From the NCBI GenBank assembly GCA_002386065.1, contig DGES01000026.1, forward strand, positions 20,587-84,586: DNA of 64,000 nucleotides, written 5' to 3'. Numbering within the stretch: the first letter of the stretch is position 1; the number at the start of each line of letters is the position of its first letter. Source of the DNA: Firmicutes bacterium UBA3920 (lineage in GTDB: Bacteria; Bacillota; Clostridia; Caldicoprobacterales; Xylanivirgaceae). Positions 20,350 through 31,907 of the stretch are shown piece by piece. A program made the translations under genes and the position numbers. The notes below the pieces were generated by a model. The model was not told where the DNA came from and did not search any database. It saw only the letters and a program-made list of their open reading frames with translations.

Positions 20350-21498
20350 CTAAAATTTTAAAACAATATCCAATAAAGTCTGTATACCTATGAGAAGTAT
20401 TTCTTCATCAAAATTAAACTTATTACTATGGAGGGGATATACATGTCCATGATTCTTATTTCGTGCTCCAAGTAATATGAGAACACCTGGTATTTCCCTT
20501 TGATAATAAGAAAAATCTTCTGCTATCATTACTGGCTTAGCATCTACCACTATTTCATCCGATAATATTTTTTTTAGTCTATTTACCAATTCATAGTCAT
20601 TATATACAACTGGATAATATGTTATTTCCTCAAATTTACCCTTTACCCCATGGGAAAGTTCTAATCCTTTTAGTAAATCTTTTATATCTTCTTTTAAAAG
20701 ATTATATGTTTCATCGTTAAATGTCCTTATTATACCCTCTAAAAGCACATTCTCAGCAAGTACATTTCTTTCCGTACCGCCCTCCATATGCCCTATAGAA
20801 ATAAGTGTAGTCTCTAAAGGATCCACTCGTCTAGTCACGAGACTCTGCAATGCACATACTAAATGACTAGCTGCAACTATGCCATCTGCTCCTTTATGAG
20901 GCATTGCTCCATGGGAACTCTTGCCCTTTAGATATATATCAAACTCTGCGGTTTGAGCCATTAGTGGACCTGATCTAATACCCAATTTCCCCTGTTCTAT
21001 ATGAGGAAAAATATGAAATGCAAATATAGCATCAACTTTCGGCTCTTTTAGTACTCCTGCTTCTATCATGGGAAGGGCACCACCAGTTGTTTCTTCAGCT
21101 GGTTGAAATATAAATACAATATTATGCCTCAATACATCCCTATTAAGTGAGACCCATTCAGCCAGTCCCAACAATATAGCCATATGACCATCATGACCAC
21201 ATGCATGCATTCTTCCTGATATCTTAGAAGAAAAAACAAGTCCACTCTTTTCTTCTATTGCTAAAGCATCCATGTCTGCTCTAAAAGCAAGAGTGGATAT
21301 AGAATTTTTTGCATATATTACTCCTTTTACCCCTCCAGATAAAGTTTCTATCTTATGAAAATTAAGTCTTTCAAGTTCATTTATTATATACTCTCGTGTC
21401 TTTTCTACATCAAAATCTAATTCAGGGTACTGATGAAACCACCTTCTATGTTTTACAACCCTATCTTTTAAAACATATACATCATCTCTTATATTCAT
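20350..21498 (-). CDS. M20-family amidohydrolase (M20D; N-acyl-amino-acid / N-acetyl-diaminopimelate deacetylase-like)
   Basis: HACGHDGH metal-binding motif, 382 aa. Confidence 0.85.
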   Translation of the reverse strand: MNIRDDVYVLKDRVVKHRRWFHQYPELDFDVEKTREYIINELERLNFHKIETLSGGVKGVIYAKNSISTLAFRADMDALAIEEKSGLVFSSKISGRMHACGHDGHMAILLGLAEWVSLNRDVLRHNIVFIFQPAEETTGGALPMIEAGVLKEPKVDAIFAFHIFPHIEQGKLGIRSGPLMAQTAEFDIYLKGKSSHGAMPHKGADGIVAASHLVCALQSLVTRRVDPLETTLISIGHMEGGTERNVLAENVLLEGIIRTFNDETYNLLKEDIKDLLKGLELSHGVKGKFEEITYYPVVYNDYELVNRLKKILSDEIVVDAKPVMIAEDFSYYQREIPGVLILLGARNKNHGHVYPLHSNKFNFDEEILLIGIQTLLDIVLKF

Positions 21499-21729
21499 AC
21501 CTTTCTTCCTATCCTTCCTACTTAAAACTGCAAACTGCTATTAATAACCTATATTCAACATAAAATCTTTTTATCCTTTTTAATACTACGGATCTACATA
21601 TTCCAAATTGTATTAATATTAGAATAACCAAGTTAGTGTATAATTTTCGTGGGCAATTGATTTTCAGGAAGAAAAAGGTGCCAATAAAAACTTGACACAC
21701 ATGAATAACCAATTGCTAGTTTAAAATTT

Positions 21730-21758
21730 TTGACATATACAATCTCGAGTGATATAAT
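21730..21758 (+). promoter_or_regulatory. consensus sigma-A promoter upstream of the L-box
   Basis: TTGACA (21730-21735), 17-nt spacer, TATAAT (21753-21758). Confidence 0.5.
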
Positions 21759-21846
21759 GGATTAAAGTTTTGACAGAGTTTAATTGATGTTTATACGTTG
21801 ATTTTTAATTTAATTAAAAAGAAAAATTAACTATTAAATACTAGCA

Positions 21847-22110
21847 GTCTAGAGGAGCGTTTTTCAAGAGTAGATCAAGCTTTAAGCTTATGGGGGCTAT
21901 ATAGAAGTTTGATTGAAAGGGGAAAACGCCGAAGGGAGAGAGAACACCCATAACTTTCCCCCTGATCCCTGGGTAAATAACCCTTGGATTGTCACTAATA
22001 TTTATTTGTATATTAGTGGAGCGCTGACTGCTTTCGGCTACAAAGATTAATTTACTTGTGTAGATATATAGTAGTGCGGAAGCGGCTGGCTCATTCAGCC
22101 GCTTTTCTAA
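21847..22110 (+). promoter_or_regulatory. lysine riboswitch (L-box) with terminator
   Basis: AGAGGAGCG...TCAAGAGTA...GAAAGGGGAAAACGCCGAAGGG...CCTGGG...TGTCACT...TGGAGCGCTG match conserved L-box segments. Terminator AAGCGGCTG/CAGCCGCTT plus T-run at 22080-22108. Confidence 0.85.
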
Positions 22111-22198
22111 TCTATGATGAAAAATAGGCGCATATTTGATTATCTACACATAACATGACAATATAAGTTGAAAAAATCTTTTACTGGGAGGAAAAACT

Positions 22199-23200
22199 AT
22201 GAAAAAATATAACTTAGCTATTGTAGGAGCTACCGGTATGGTAGGTAGGAAGTTTTTAGAAATATTAGAGGAACGAGACTTACCTATAGATAAATATTAT
22301 CTATTTGCATCAGCCCGTTCAGCAGGAAAAAAAATCAAATTTATGGGTAAGGAGCATACAATAGAAGAACTAAATGAAACCTGTTTTGATGACAAAAATA
22401 TAGATATTGCGTTGTTTTCAGCTGGTGGTTCAGTAAGTGAAGTTTATGCTCCCATTGCAGCAAAAAAAGGAATAGTTGTAATAGATAATAGTAGTGCATG
22501 GCGTATGCATGAGGATGTCCCACTTGTAATACCTGAAGTAAATCCTGAAGATATATTAAAACACAAGGGAATAATTGCAAACCCTAATTGCTCTACTATC
22601 CAAGCAGTGGTAGTTTTGAAGCCACTACATGATCGATATAAAATTAAAAGGGTCATATATTCAACTTATCAAGCCGTATCCGGCGCCGGCGTAGCAGGCT
22701 ATAATGATCTTAAAAGAGGTATGGATGGGAAAACTCCTAAAAAGTTTCCCCATGCTATATTTTCCAATTGTATACCTCATATTGATGACTTCTTGGATAA
22801 TGGATATACAAAAGAAGAAATGAAGATGATAAATGAAACATGTAAAATTTTGCACGACAAAGACATCAAAATAACTGCTACCACTGTAAGAGTTCCAGTA
22901 TTTAATTGTCACAGTGAATCAATAAATATCGAATTTGAGAGGAGTTTTGATATAGACGAATTAAAGGATACCCTCTCACAAGCCCCAGGAATTGTGGTAC
23001 AAGATGATCCTGATAACGCTATCTATCCCATGCCCTCAAATGTAGAAGGAAAAGATCAAGTCTATGTGGGAAGAATAAGAAGAGATTACAGTGTGGAAAA
23101 TGGTGTAAATCTATGGGTAGTAGCAGATAATATCAGAAAAGGTGCTGCTACTAATACTATTCAAATTGCAGAAAAACTTATTGAATACTTAGAGAACTAA
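22199..23200 (+). CDS. asd: aspartate-semialdehyde dehydrogenase
   Basis: IVGATGMVG NAD(P) motif and NPNCSTIQ active-site Cys motif. Confidence 0.95.
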   Translation: MKKYNLAIVGATGMVGRKFLEILEERDLPIDKYYLFASARSAGKKIKFMGKEHTIEELNETCFDDKNIDIALFSAGGSVSEVYAPIAAKKGIVVIDNSSAWRMHEDVPLVIPEVNPEDILKHKGIIANPNCSTIQAVVVLKPLHDRYKIKRVIYSTYQAVSGAGVAGYNDLKRGMDGKTPKKFPHAIFSNCIPHIDDFLDNGYTKEEMKMINETCKILHDKDIKITATTVRVPVFNCHSESINIEFERSFDIDELKDTLSQAPGIVVQDDPDNAIYPMPSNVEGKDQVYVGRIRRDYSVENGVNLWVVADNIRKGAATNTIQIAEKLIEYLEN

Positions 23201-23229
23201 AAGTATATTAAAGAAAGGTGTGGATTAAT

Positions 23230-24108
23230 ATGAGTATTTTTAAAGGTTCGTGCGTTGCCCTATCAACTCCATTTACTAGTGATGGCATAAATTACGCCAC
23301 ATTTGGCGAACTTATAGATTTCCAAATTTCAGAAGGTACAGATGCCATATTAGTATGTGGTACTACAGGTGAACCCCCTACTATGACATTAAAAGAAAGA
23401 AACGAGGCAATCAAATTTGCCGTTGATAGAGTAAATGGTCGAATTCCCGTAATTGCTGGCACCGGTGGTAATAATACAAAAAGTGTAATAGAAGCTTCCA
23501 TCGAAGCACAAAAACTAGGTGTAGATGGTTTACTTATAGTAACCCCTTATTATAATAAAACTACCCAAAAAGGACTCATAGCCCACTATACTGCAATTGC
23601 TGAATCGGTAGAGCTGCCTATTATAATATATAATGTACCTGGCAGAACTGGACTTAACATGACTCCTACTACCTTATACGAATTATCGAAAATAGAAAAC
23701 ATAGTAGGCATAAAGGAAGCAAGTGGAAATATATCTCAAGTAGTAGAAATGGCTAGGCTATGCGAAGGTTCAATAGATCTATATTCAGGTAATGATGATA
23801 TGGTAGTTCCTCTATTATCAGTAGGTGGAAAAGGTGTCATATCTGTAGTTGCCAATATAGCACCAAAAGACACCCATGAGATGGTATATAGCTTCTTAAC
23901 GGGAAACATTGAGAAAAGCTATAAACTCCAATTTAAACTCAAACCATTGATAGATGCACTATTTCTTGAAGTAAATCCCATTCCAGTAAAAGCAGCTTTA
24001 AATCTCATGGGATTCAAAATGGGCAGTCCGCGTCTTCCACTCATAGAGATATCAGACGATAACTTGAATATATTAAAACAACGTATGGAAGAGTATGGGC
24101 TCTTATAG
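23230..24108 (+). CDS. dapA: 4-hydroxy-tetrahydrodipicolinate synthase
   Basis: MSIFKGS..., VCGTTGE motif, GIKEASG. ATG 23230 preferred over GTG 23218 because of the SD AAGGTG position. Confidence 0.95.
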   Translation: MSIFKGSCVALSTPFTSDGINYATFGELIDFQISEGTDAILVCGTTGEPPTMTLKERNEAIKFAVDRVNGRIPVIAGTGGNNTKSVIEASIEAQKLGVDGLLIVTPYYNKTTQKGLIAHYTAIAESVELPIIIYNVPGRTGLNMTPTTLYELSKIENIVGIKEASGNISQVVEMARLCEGSIDLYSGNDDMVVPLLSVGGKGVISVVANIAPKDTHEMVYSFLTGNIEKSYKLQFKLKPLIDALFLEVNPIPVKAALNLMGFKMGSPRLPLIEISDDNLNILKQRMEEYGLL

Positions 24109-24132
24109 AAAATATAAGGAGTGAATATACCA

Positions 24133-25356
24133 ATGATAGATATTATAATACATGGATGTAATGGGACTATGGGACAAGTAGTTGCCAACACAGCAATATC
24201 TGATTCTGATATAAATATTGTAGCAGGTATTGATATGTGTCCTCAAGCTAAGGACAATCCCTTCCCTACTTATGACTCACTAGACGAATGTGAAGTCGGC
24301 TGTGATGTCATAGTTGATTTTTCTAGACACGATGCAGTGGTGCCTATGTTGAGTATAGCTGCCCAGAAAAAAATTCCAGTAGTGATAGCTACAACTGGAA
24401 TTTCGGACAAAGATAAGTCCTTCATAGAAGAAAAATCGGATGTGATTCCCATATTCATGGCATCCAATATGTCTGTAGGAGTAAATCTTATGTATGAACT
24501 TATAAGACGTTCTGCTACTGCACTCTCCGATGATTTTGATATTGAAATAATAGAAAAACACCACAATCAAAAGATAGATTCCCCAAGCGGAACTGCGTAT
24601 ACCATGGCTCACATTATAAACGAAGTTTTTTCAGGGCGTAAACACTTCTCCTATGGAAGACATTCTCAAAATGCCAAACGCTCAAAAGATGAAATAGGTA
24701 TACATGCTATAAGAGGAGGTACTATAGTAGGAGAACATAGTGTTTTATTTGCTGGTGTAGATGAAATATTGGAAATCAAACATACTGCATACTCAAAACA
24801 AATATTTGCAGTCGGCGCCCTAAAAGCAGCTAAGTTTCTTAAAGCTGTTAATAAACCAGGGCTATATGATATGACCGATATGATGGCCCATGAAAGTTTG
24901 GTTACTAGTGTATATACAGAACAAGATATAGCTATGATAACACTAAATAGTTTGCCAAATTCATCTGAAATAATAGCTAAAATATTTAAAGCTTTGGGAG
25001 AACATAATATAAATATAGATATGATAAGCCAAACTGCCCCAGTAAATAGCAGGATTAACATATCCTTCACTTTACCTGAAGAAGATTTAAATAAGGCTAT
25101 AGAAATAACAGGGCCATTTAATACACAAATACCAGAACTTCGTACTGATGTATTTGCCGAAATATGTAAGATAACAGTGGAAGGACTTGGCATGGAAAAA
25201 TATGCAGGGGTAGCCGGAGATGTATTTAGCACCATGGCTAAGAACAATATCAATATAAAGATAATAACTACTTCTGAGACAAAAATATCTTTTATTATTG
25301 ATGCCGTAGATGAAAGTAAGGCAGTACAAGCCATAAAAGATACATTTAATTTATAG
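24133..25356 (+). CDS. dapB: 4-hydroxy-tetrahydrodipicolinate reductase fused to a C-terminal double ACT (aspartokinase-regulatory-like) module
   Basis: DapB core with EKHHNQKIDSPSGTA motif in about the first 255 aa. The last ~150 aa resemble the aspartokinase ACT pair (CKITVEGLGMEKYAGVAGDVFSTMAKNNINIKIITTSETKISFIID). ATG 24133 has a better SD than GTG 24121. Confidence 0.88.
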   Translation: MIDIIIHGCNGTMGQVVANTAISDSDINIVAGIDMCPQAKDNPFPTYDSLDECEVGCDVIVDFSRHDAVVPMLSIAAQKKIPVVIATTGISDKDKSFIEEKSDVIPIFMASNMSVGVNLMYELIRRSATALSDDFDIEIIEKHHNQKIDSPSGTAYTMAHIINEVFSGRKHFSYGRHSQNAKRSKDEIGIHAIRGGTIVGEHSVLFAGVDEILEIKHTAYSKQIFAVGALKAAKFLKAVNKPGLYDMTDMMAHESLVTSVYTEQDIAMITLNSLPNSSEIIAKIFKALGEHNINIDMISQTAPVNSRINISFTLPEEDLNKAIEITGPFNTQIPELRTDVFAEICKITVEGLGMEKYAGVAGDVFSTMAKNNINIKIITTSETKISFIIDAVDESKAVQAIKDTFNL

Positions 25357-25360
25357 AACA

Positions 25361-25400
25361 ATCGGGTAGGAAGCAGATAAATACCTGCCTCCTGCCCGAT
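25361..25400. terminator. bidirectional terminator between dapB and cobO
   Basis: ATCGGGTAGGAAGCAG / CTGCCTCCTGCCCGAT imperfect 16-bp inverted repeat, 8-nt loop. Confidence 0.6.
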
Positions 25401-25415
25401 TAAATAAATAAACGG

Positions 25416-25949
25416 TTAAAACTCTATGCCCTTTCTTGCCATCACACCATCGTCTATATAGTGTTTTATTGGTCTCATCTCTGTCACTAGATGAGCCTTA
25501 TCTACTATAGCTTGTGGTGCCCCTCGTCCAGTAAGGACAAGTTCCATATCCTCTGGTTTCTTATCTATTAGATCACATACTTTTTCTACACTTATAAGTT
25601 CGCTGTGTATAAGGGACATTGCTTCATCTATTATTAATATGTCACATTCTCTATTCTTCATTATCTCTTCTATTCGGGTAATGCCTTCTTTTATATCTGT
25701 TATTAATATGGCTTTTTCTTTGTCAGTTAGCTGATGTAAAAATTTACTACTTGCACCATATCTCATTATTTTAAAACTAGGTGCCAAAGTTTTAGCTGTT
25801 TCAAGCTCTCCTGTATGCATTCCTTTGAAAAATTGTATCATTATGACCTTAAGTCCTCTTCCAACTGCACGTACTGCAAGACCTAGTGCTGCAGTTGTCT
25901 TCCCTTTTCCGTCACCAGTATATATCTGTATGTATCCCTTATCCAGCAT
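25416..25949 (-). CDS. cobO: cob(I)yrinic acid a,c-diamide / cob(I)alamin adenosyltransferase (CobA/CobO/BtuR family)
   Basis: IQIYTGDGKGKTTAALGLA P-loop typical of the family, 177 aa. Confidence 0.88.
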   Translation of the reverse strand: MLDKGYIQIYTGDGKGKTTAALGLAVRAVGRGLKVIMIQFFKGMHTGELETAKTLAPSFKIMRYGASSKFLHQLTDKEKAILITDIKEGITRIEEIMKNRECDILIIDEAMSLIHSELISVEKVCDLIDKKPEDMELVLTGRGAPQAIVDKAHLVTEMRPIKHYIDDGVMARKGIEF

Positions 25950-25955
25950 GCAACC

Positions 25956-27218
25956 TCACACCTTTTTACCTATATCTTTTCTATAATGCATATCTTTGAA
26001 TTTTATTTTTTCTATATGAGAATATACGGTCTTATAGACAGATTCCAGATTATCACCTACTGCAGTAATGCCTAAGACTCTACCTCCAGCTGTATAATAC
26101 TTCCCATTTTTCTTTTTGGTACCTGAATGAAATATGAATATATTTTCATGTTTTAAAATATCTTCTATGCCTTTTATTTCATAGCCTTTTTCATACTTCT
26201 TAGGATATCCACCTGATGCCAATATAACACATAAAGCGCTCTTATCTTGCCATACCACATCTATTTCATGTAACCGTTCGTCTATTATTGCTTCAAATAT
26301 CTCTACTATATCAGTTTCCAAAAGAGGAAGCAATGCCTGTGTTTCCGGATCACCAAATCTTGCATTATACTCAAGCACTTTAGGTCCATTATCTGTAAGC
26401 ATAAGTCCAAAATATAATACACCTTTGAATAATCTATCTTCCTTTTTCATAGCTTCTATAGTTGGTATAAATATATTTTTTATGCAAAACTTCTCTATTT
26501 CTTCAGTATAATAAATACTCGGAGAAAATGCACCCATTCCACCTGTATTAGGCCCTCTATCTCCATCATATACTCTTTTATGATCTTGAGCACTGGGCAT
26601 TGGTACTATTGTGGTTCCATCAGTAAAACACAGGATTGAAACCTCTGGTCCTTCCAAAAATTCCTCTATTACAATCCGTTCCCCTGACTTACCAAAGGTT
26701 TTATTTATCATACAGTCATCCACAGCTTTTTTAGCCTCAGTAAGATCGTTAGCTATTATAACTCCCTTTCCAAGGGCAAGTCCATCAGCCTTTATAACTA
26801 CTGGATAATTGCAATGTTTAAGAAAATATATTGCATCTTCTCTGTTGTCAAAAACCTGAAAATCAGCAGTAGGAATATTATACTTTTTCATGAAGTTTTT
26901 AGAAAATACCTTACTTCCTTCAATTATAGCTGCTCTCTTATTTGGCCCAAATGCTCTAATGCCCCTTTTAGTAAGTTCATCCACCATACCCATGGCAAGT
27001 GGATCATCTGGTGCCACTACAACTAAATCTATTTCTTTTTCTTCTGCAAAATCTACTATTCCATTTATATCGGTAGCTTTTATGTCTATACATTCCGCTA
27101 AATCCGATATCCCTCCATTCCCTGGAGCACAATATATCTTAGAAACTTTGGGACTCTTGCTTATTTTCCACACAAGGGCATGCTCTCTACCACCACCACC
27201 AACTACTAGTATATTCAT
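25956..27218 (-). CDS. purD: phosphoribosylamine--glycine ligase
   Basis: MNILVVGGGGREHAL N-terminus, ATP-grasp fold length 420 aa. Confidence 0.95.
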   Translation of the reverse strand: MNILVVGGGGREHALVWKISKSPKVSKIYCAPGNGGISDLAECIDIKATDINGIVDFAEEKEIDLVVVAPDDPLAMGMVDELTKRGIRAFGPNKRAAIIEGSKVFSKNFMKKYNIPTADFQVFDNREDAIYFLKHCNYPVVIKADGLALGKGVIIANDLTEAKKAVDDCMINKTFGKSGERIVIEEFLEGPEVSILCFTDGTTIVPMPSAQDHKRVYDGDRGPNTGGMGAFSPSIYYTEEIEKFCIKNIFIPTIEAMKKEDRLFKGVLYFGLMLTDNGPKVLEYNARFGDPETQALLPLLETDIVEIFEAIIDERLHEIDVVWQDKSALCVILASGGYPKKYEKGYEIKGIEDILKHENIFIFHSGTKKKNGKYYTAGGRVLGITAVGDNLESVYKTVYSHIEKIKFKDMHYRKDIGKKV

Positions 27219-27252
27219 AAAATCACATCCTTTTTATGTCTAGTTTCTGCAA

Positions 27253-28800
27253 TTAATGCTTAAAATGTCTCATAGAAGTAAATATCATAGCTATGCCATA
27301 TTTATCACAAGCTTCGATGGATTCTTTATCTCTTATAGAACCTCCTGGCTGTATTATTGCTGTAATACCTGCTTTAGCTGCTGCCTCTACACAATCAGGA
27401 AATGGGAAAAATGCATCAGAGGCCATAACCGCACCTTTTACATCATCACCACCACGCTCTATAGCATTTAGAGCTGCCCATATCCTATTAACTTGTCCTG
27501 GACCTATTCCAAGTGATCTCTTGTCTTTTGCAATCACAATTGCATTGGATTTTGTATGTTTCACTAATTTCCAAGCAAAAATTAGATCTTCCATTTCTTT
27601 TTCAGTAGGTTGTTTTTTGGTTACTACTTTTAGTTCTTCCTTAGATGGAAGTAATTTGGTATTCCACTCCTGGAGAAGTAATCCACCATATACTCGCTTA
27701 AAATCCCATGTACCTTCAGGAATATGAGTGGATATATCAGGAAGTTCTAATATCCTTATATTAGTTTTTTTAGATAGTATCTCCAGTGCATCATCCGTAT
27801 AAGAAGGAGCTATAACTATCTCTATGAATATCTTATTTATTTCTTCGGCAGTTTTTTTGTCTATCTCTCGATTAGCAGCAATTATACCTCCAAATATAGA
27901 TACGGGATCTGCTTCGTATGCTTCCACATATGCATCATATATATTATCTGCAGATGATACTCCACATGGATTGGAATGTTTTACTGCAACGACTGTAGGT
28001 TCATCAAATTCTTTTAACAGATCAATTGCACCATTTGCATCATTTATGTTGTTAAATGAAAGTTCCTTGCCATGTAGTTGTCGAGCACTCGTCAATGCAC
28101 CAGCCACATTATCAACTTCTCTGTAGAATACCGCTCTTTGATGAGGATTTTCTCCATAACGCATATCTTGTGCCTTTTCAAATGTAAGAGTCAATAACTC
28201 TGGGAACTCATCTTTACCTGCTTGTTTTCTTAAATAGTCAAATATGAGGGCATCATAATGAGCAGTATGTTCAAATACTTTAATAGCCAGTTCAAATTTG
28301 GTATCTAAACTTATATTACCATTCATCTCAAGCTCTTCTACAACTCTATTATAGTCATTAGGATCCACTACTACTGTGACATCTCTATAATTTTTTGCAG
28401 CTGCTCTGAGCATTGATGGACCACCTATGTCAATATTTTCAATCGCCTCTTCAAGAGTTACATCTTCCTTTAATATGGTATCTTTAAAAGGATATAAATT
28501 TATAACTACAATATCTATAGGGGTTATATTAAGTTCTTTTAACTGTCTCATATGTTCTTTATTATCCCTCATAGCCAAAATTCCAGCATGTACTTTAGGA
28601 TGAAGAGTCTTCACCCTTCCATCTAGACATTCTGGAAAACCAGTTACATCCGTTATATTGGTAACTTTAACACCTGCATTTTTTAATACTTGTGCTGTGC
28701 CTCCTGTAGACACAATTTCGAAATTTAGTGAACTCAATTTTTTGCCTAACTCTACAATACCTGTTTTATCAGATACACTAAGAATTGCTCGTCTCTTCAT
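27253..28800 (-). CDS. purH: bifunctional AICAR transformylase / IMP cyclohydrolase
   Basis: [19 protein letters not shown]-like N-terminus, C-terminal RHFKH. ATG 28800 is 9 nt from GGAGG; the track start TTG 28809 is too close to the SD. Confidence 0.95.
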   Translation of the reverse strand: MKRRAILSVSDKTGIVELGKKLSSLNFEIVSTGGTAQVLKNAGVKVTNITDVTGFPECLDGRVKTLHPKVHAGILAMRDNKEHMRQLKELNITPIDIVVINLYPFKDTILKEDVTLEEAIENIDIGGPSMLRAAAKNYRDVTVVVDPNDYNRVVEELEMNGNISLDTKFELAIKVFEHTAHYDALIFDYLRKQAGKDEFPELLTLTFEKAQDMRYGENPHQRAVFYREVDNVAGALTSARQLHGKELSFNNINDANGAIDLLKEFDEPTVVAVKHSNPCGVSSADNIYDAYVEAYEADPVSIFGGIIAANREIDKKTAEEINKIFIEIVIAPSYTDDALEILSKKTNIRILELPDISTHIPEGTWDFKRVYGGLLLQEWNTKLLPSKEELKVVTKKQPTEKEMEDLIFAWKLVKHTKSNAIVIAKDKRSLGIGPGQVNRIWAALNAIERGGDDVKGAVMASDAFFPFPDCVEAAAKAGITAIIQPGGSIRDKESIEACDKYGIAMIFTSMRHFKH

Positions 28801-28823
28801 ACATAACAACCTCCAAAAAGAAT

Positions 28824-29444
28824 TTATTCTAAAATTTTAACCTTTCTTCCCTCAACTACAAGTTTTCCTTCGACTAATAGAGAAACTGCCTTGGGCAGCA
28901 ATTCATGCTCCACCTCTAATACACGCTTTGACAGAGACTCTACATCATCATCATAGTAAACTTCAACTGGCTTTTGCAATATTATTGGACCTGTATCAGT
29001 ACCCTCATCTACAAAATGAACAGTCGCTCCACTTATCTTTACACCATAATCTAATACACTCTGATGTACCCTCATTCCATAATATCCCTTCCCACAAAAT
29101 GAAGGTATAAGAGATGGATGTACATTTATTATGCGATTAGGATATTTTTTTATTATATCTGAAGACAATATATTTAAATAGCCTGCAAGAACTATAAAAT
29201 CCGTATTATACTCTTCTAATTTTTTAATAAGAACCCTGTTAAACGCATCCATATCTTTATAGTCTTTTTTAGATATATAGTAAGTTGGTATACCATGTTT
29301 CTGGGCCCTAACTAATCCATAAGCATCCTTTCTGCTTGATATTACAACTCCTATTTGGGCATTTATATTTCCTGCCTCTATATTATCTATGAGTGCTTGC
29401 AGATTAGATCCCCCTCCTGATATTAAAACAGCCAACGTCTTCAT
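28824..29444 (-). CDS. purN: phosphoribosylglycinamide formyltransferase
   Basis: [16 protein letters not shown] and [10 protein letters not shown] motifs. Confidence 0.92.
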   Translation of the reverse strand: MKTLAVLISGGGSNLQALIDNIEAGNINAQIGVVISSRKDAYGLVRAQKHGIPTYYISKKDYKDMDAFNRVLIKKLEEYNTDFIVLAGYLNILSSDIIKKYPNRIINVHPSLIPSFCGKGYYGMRVHQSVLDYGVKISGATVHFVDEGTDTGPIILQKPVEVYYDDDVESLSKRVLEVEHELLPKAVSLLVEGKLVVEGRKVKILE

Positions 29445-30472
29445 GACTTAAACACCACTTTGCCTTTACCTTTTTTGACACTGCCAATCACACGGCTATC
29501 ATACCCTGCCTTTGAAAGTATATTTATAACTCCATCACAACTACTTTCTGGACAAGCCATAACCATACCTATCCCCATATTAAATGTATTATACATCTGA
29601 ACATCGTCTATATTTGCCCATTCTTTTAATAACTTAAATATAGGTTTTATTTCCCAACTACCAAGTATTATCTCTGCATCCATATCATTAGGAAGCATTC
29701 TAGGAATATTTTCTATGAAACCTCCCCCTGTTATATGAGATAATCCATGTATTTCATAATTTTCTAATACTTCTAAAATCCCCTTTACGTATATATGGGT
29801 GGGAATTAAAAGCTCCTCTCCAACGGTATGACCTAAGCAATCATAATAATCATCAATTCGATTTTTCTCTTCTAATACGAGCCTTCGAACTAATGAATAG
29901 CCATTACTGTGTACCCCTGAAGACATAATACCTATAAGGACATCCCCTTCCTTTACAGCTGAACCATCAATTATATTAGATTTATCTACTATTCCTACAG
30001 CAAATCCTGCTATATCATATTCTCCTTCATTATAAAAACCTGGCATTTCAGCAGTCTCACCACCTATAAGAACACAATCTGCCTTCTTACAACCCTCTGC
30101 CACTCCCTTAACTATCTCTGCCATCTTCTCTGGTATAAGTTTTCCTGTAGCAATATAATCAAGAAAAAACAGGGGTTTCGCTCCTTGACAGATTATATCA
30201 TTTACACACATAGCTACACAGTCTTGTCCTATAGTATCGTGTTTATCCATAATAAACGCAAGTTTTAGCTTGGTACCTACACCATCTGTACCTCCAACTA
30301 AAACCGGAGCTTTTATATCTTCTAAATCTAATGCATATAATCCACTAAAACTTCCAACTTCTCCTAGTACATTATCGTTATATGTTTCCTTTATATATTT
30401 TTTCATGAGATTTACTGCCTTGTAACCTGCATCAACATCTACGCCTGCATCTTTATACGTTATTCCACCCAT
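29441..30472 (-). CDS. purM: phosphoribosylformylglycinamidine cyclo-ligase
   Basis: [13 protein letters not shown]-terminus, GTDGVGTK motif. Confidence 0.95.
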   Translation of the reverse strand: MGGITYKDAGVDVDAGYKAVNLMKKYIKETYNDNVLGEVGSFSGLYALDLEDIKAPVLVGGTDGVGTKLKLAFIMDKHDTIGQDCVAMCVNDIICQGAKPLFFLDYIATGKLIPEKMAEIVKGVAEGCKKADCVLIGGETAEMPGFYNEGEYDIAGFAVGIVDKSNIIDGSAVKEGDVLIGIMSSGVHSNGYSLVRRLVLEEKNRIDDYYDCLGHTVGEELLIPTHIYVKGILEVLENYEIHGLSHITGGGFIENIPRMLPNDMDAEIILGSWEIKPIFKLLKEWANIDDVQMYNTFNMGIGMVMACPESSCDGVINILSKAGYDSRVIGSVKKGKGKVVFKS

Positions 30473-30478
30473 AGTTTC

Positions 30479-31876
30479 TCAACACCTTCCTTCACATTCC
30501 ATAGGATATTCTCTATTAAAACAACCTAAACAAAAACTACAACCACTACTCTCTACCGTTCTTAAAAGACCATCTATACTTAAATAACTAAGAGTGTCTG
30601 CACCAATCTCTTCGCAAATCTCTTCCACAGTAGACGAAGCCCCTATGAGCTCGTCCCTATCAGGAGTATCGACACCAAAAAAACATGGATATTTAATAGG
30701 AGGCGAACTAATACGCATATGAATCTCCTTAGCTCCTGCTAATCGCAAGAGCTCTACTATCGCCTTACTAGTAGTACCCCTAACTATAGAGTCGTCTACT
30801 AATACTATACGCTTGCCCCTAACTAATCGACTAAGGGCATTTAGTTTTATTCTTACACTTTGTTCCCTTATAGCCTGTGTAGGTTTTATAAATGTCCGAC
30901 CCACATATCTGTTTTTTATGAGTCCTTCCCTATATGGAATACCTGATTCCTCTGCATAACCCAATGCAGCAGTAGTCCCTGAATCGGGTACACCTACCAC
31001 TATATCTGCATCTACAGGATTTTCCCTGGCAAGTATGCGTCCTGCATCTCTACGAGCTTCATATACACTTATACCATCTACTATGCTATCTGTCCTTGCA
31101 AAATATACAAATTCAAATATACAAAAAGAAGATTGCAGAGGTACTGGAGTTTGTATAGATTTAAGACCTTCCTTTGAGATTATTATTATTTCACCTGGCC
31201 TTACATCTCTTATATATTCAGCACCAATGGCATCAAATGCACATGTTTCTGAAGCTAAAACATAAGAATTCTTTAGTTTTCCAAGGACAAGTGGTCGTAT
31301 CCCATGGGGATCTCTTATGCCTATCAGGTTATCCTGTGTCATTATTACAAGAGCATAGGAGCCTTTTATACTATTTAACATTATTTTTAACGCTTTTTCT
31401 AAACCTTCATCACTAGAACGAGCTATTATATTTGCCATTACTTCACTATCTGTAGTTGTTTGAAATATTGCACCTTTTTCTTCAAGTTCCTCTCTAATAA
31501 TATGAGCATTGATAAGTGTGCCATTGTGAGCAAAAGCCATATTACCTTTTTTGTATTTAGTTACAAGGGGTTGGGTGTTTTGAGGAAAATTTTTTCCCTT
31601 GACAGAATGTCGCACATGTCCTATAGCAATACTACCAATCTTAAGTGCTTTGAGAGATTCTTCAGTAAATACTTCAGGTACCAAACCCATTTCTTTGTGA
31701 TATACTATATCGTTTCCATTAGATACTGCTATACCAGCACTTTCTTGCCCCCTATGCTGAATTGCATAAAGGGCAAAATAGGTAAGTAAAGCTATATCAT
31801 GTCCATCCTTATCAAATATACCAAATACTCCGCATTCATCCTTTATTTTATCTAGCAAAGACAAATCTCCTTCCAT
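30479..31876 (-). CDS. purF: amidophosphoribosyltransferase
   Basis: Propeptide followed by the CGVFGI Ntn nucleophile, PRT motif VLVDDSIVRGTT, C-terminal Fe-S Cys ligands. Confidence 0.95.
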   Translation of the reverse strand: MEGDLSLLDKIKDECGVFGIFDKDGHDIALLTYFALYAIQHRGQESAGIAVSNGNDIVYHKEMGLVPEVFTEESLKALKIGSIAIGHVRHSVKGKNFPQNTQPLVTKYKKGNMAFAHNGTLINAHIIREELEEKGAIFQTTTDSEVMANIIARSSDEGLEKALKIMLNSIKGSYALVIMTQDNLIGIRDPHGIRPLVLGKLKNSYVLASETCAFDAIGAEYIRDVRPGEIIIISKEGLKSIQTPVPLQSSFCIFEFVYFARTDSIVDGISVYEARRDAGRILARENPVDADIVVGVPDSGTTAALGYAEESGIPYREGLIKNRYVGRTFIKPTQAIREQSVRIKLNALSRLVRGKRIVLVDDSIVRGTTSKAIVELLRLAGAKEIHMRISSPPIKYPCFFGVDTPDRDELIGASSTVEEICEEIGADTLSYLSIDGLLRTVESSGCSFCLGCFNREYPMECEGRC

Positions 31877-31907
31877 GATCTATTTTTATATTTAAAAACA
31901 ATAAATT

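Noticed and set aside
21518-21712. 64-aa minus-strand ORF upstream of the M20 amidohydrolase
   Set aside because: It has no SD and a hydrophobic low-complexity translation. It overlaps the promoter-rich divergent intergenic region.
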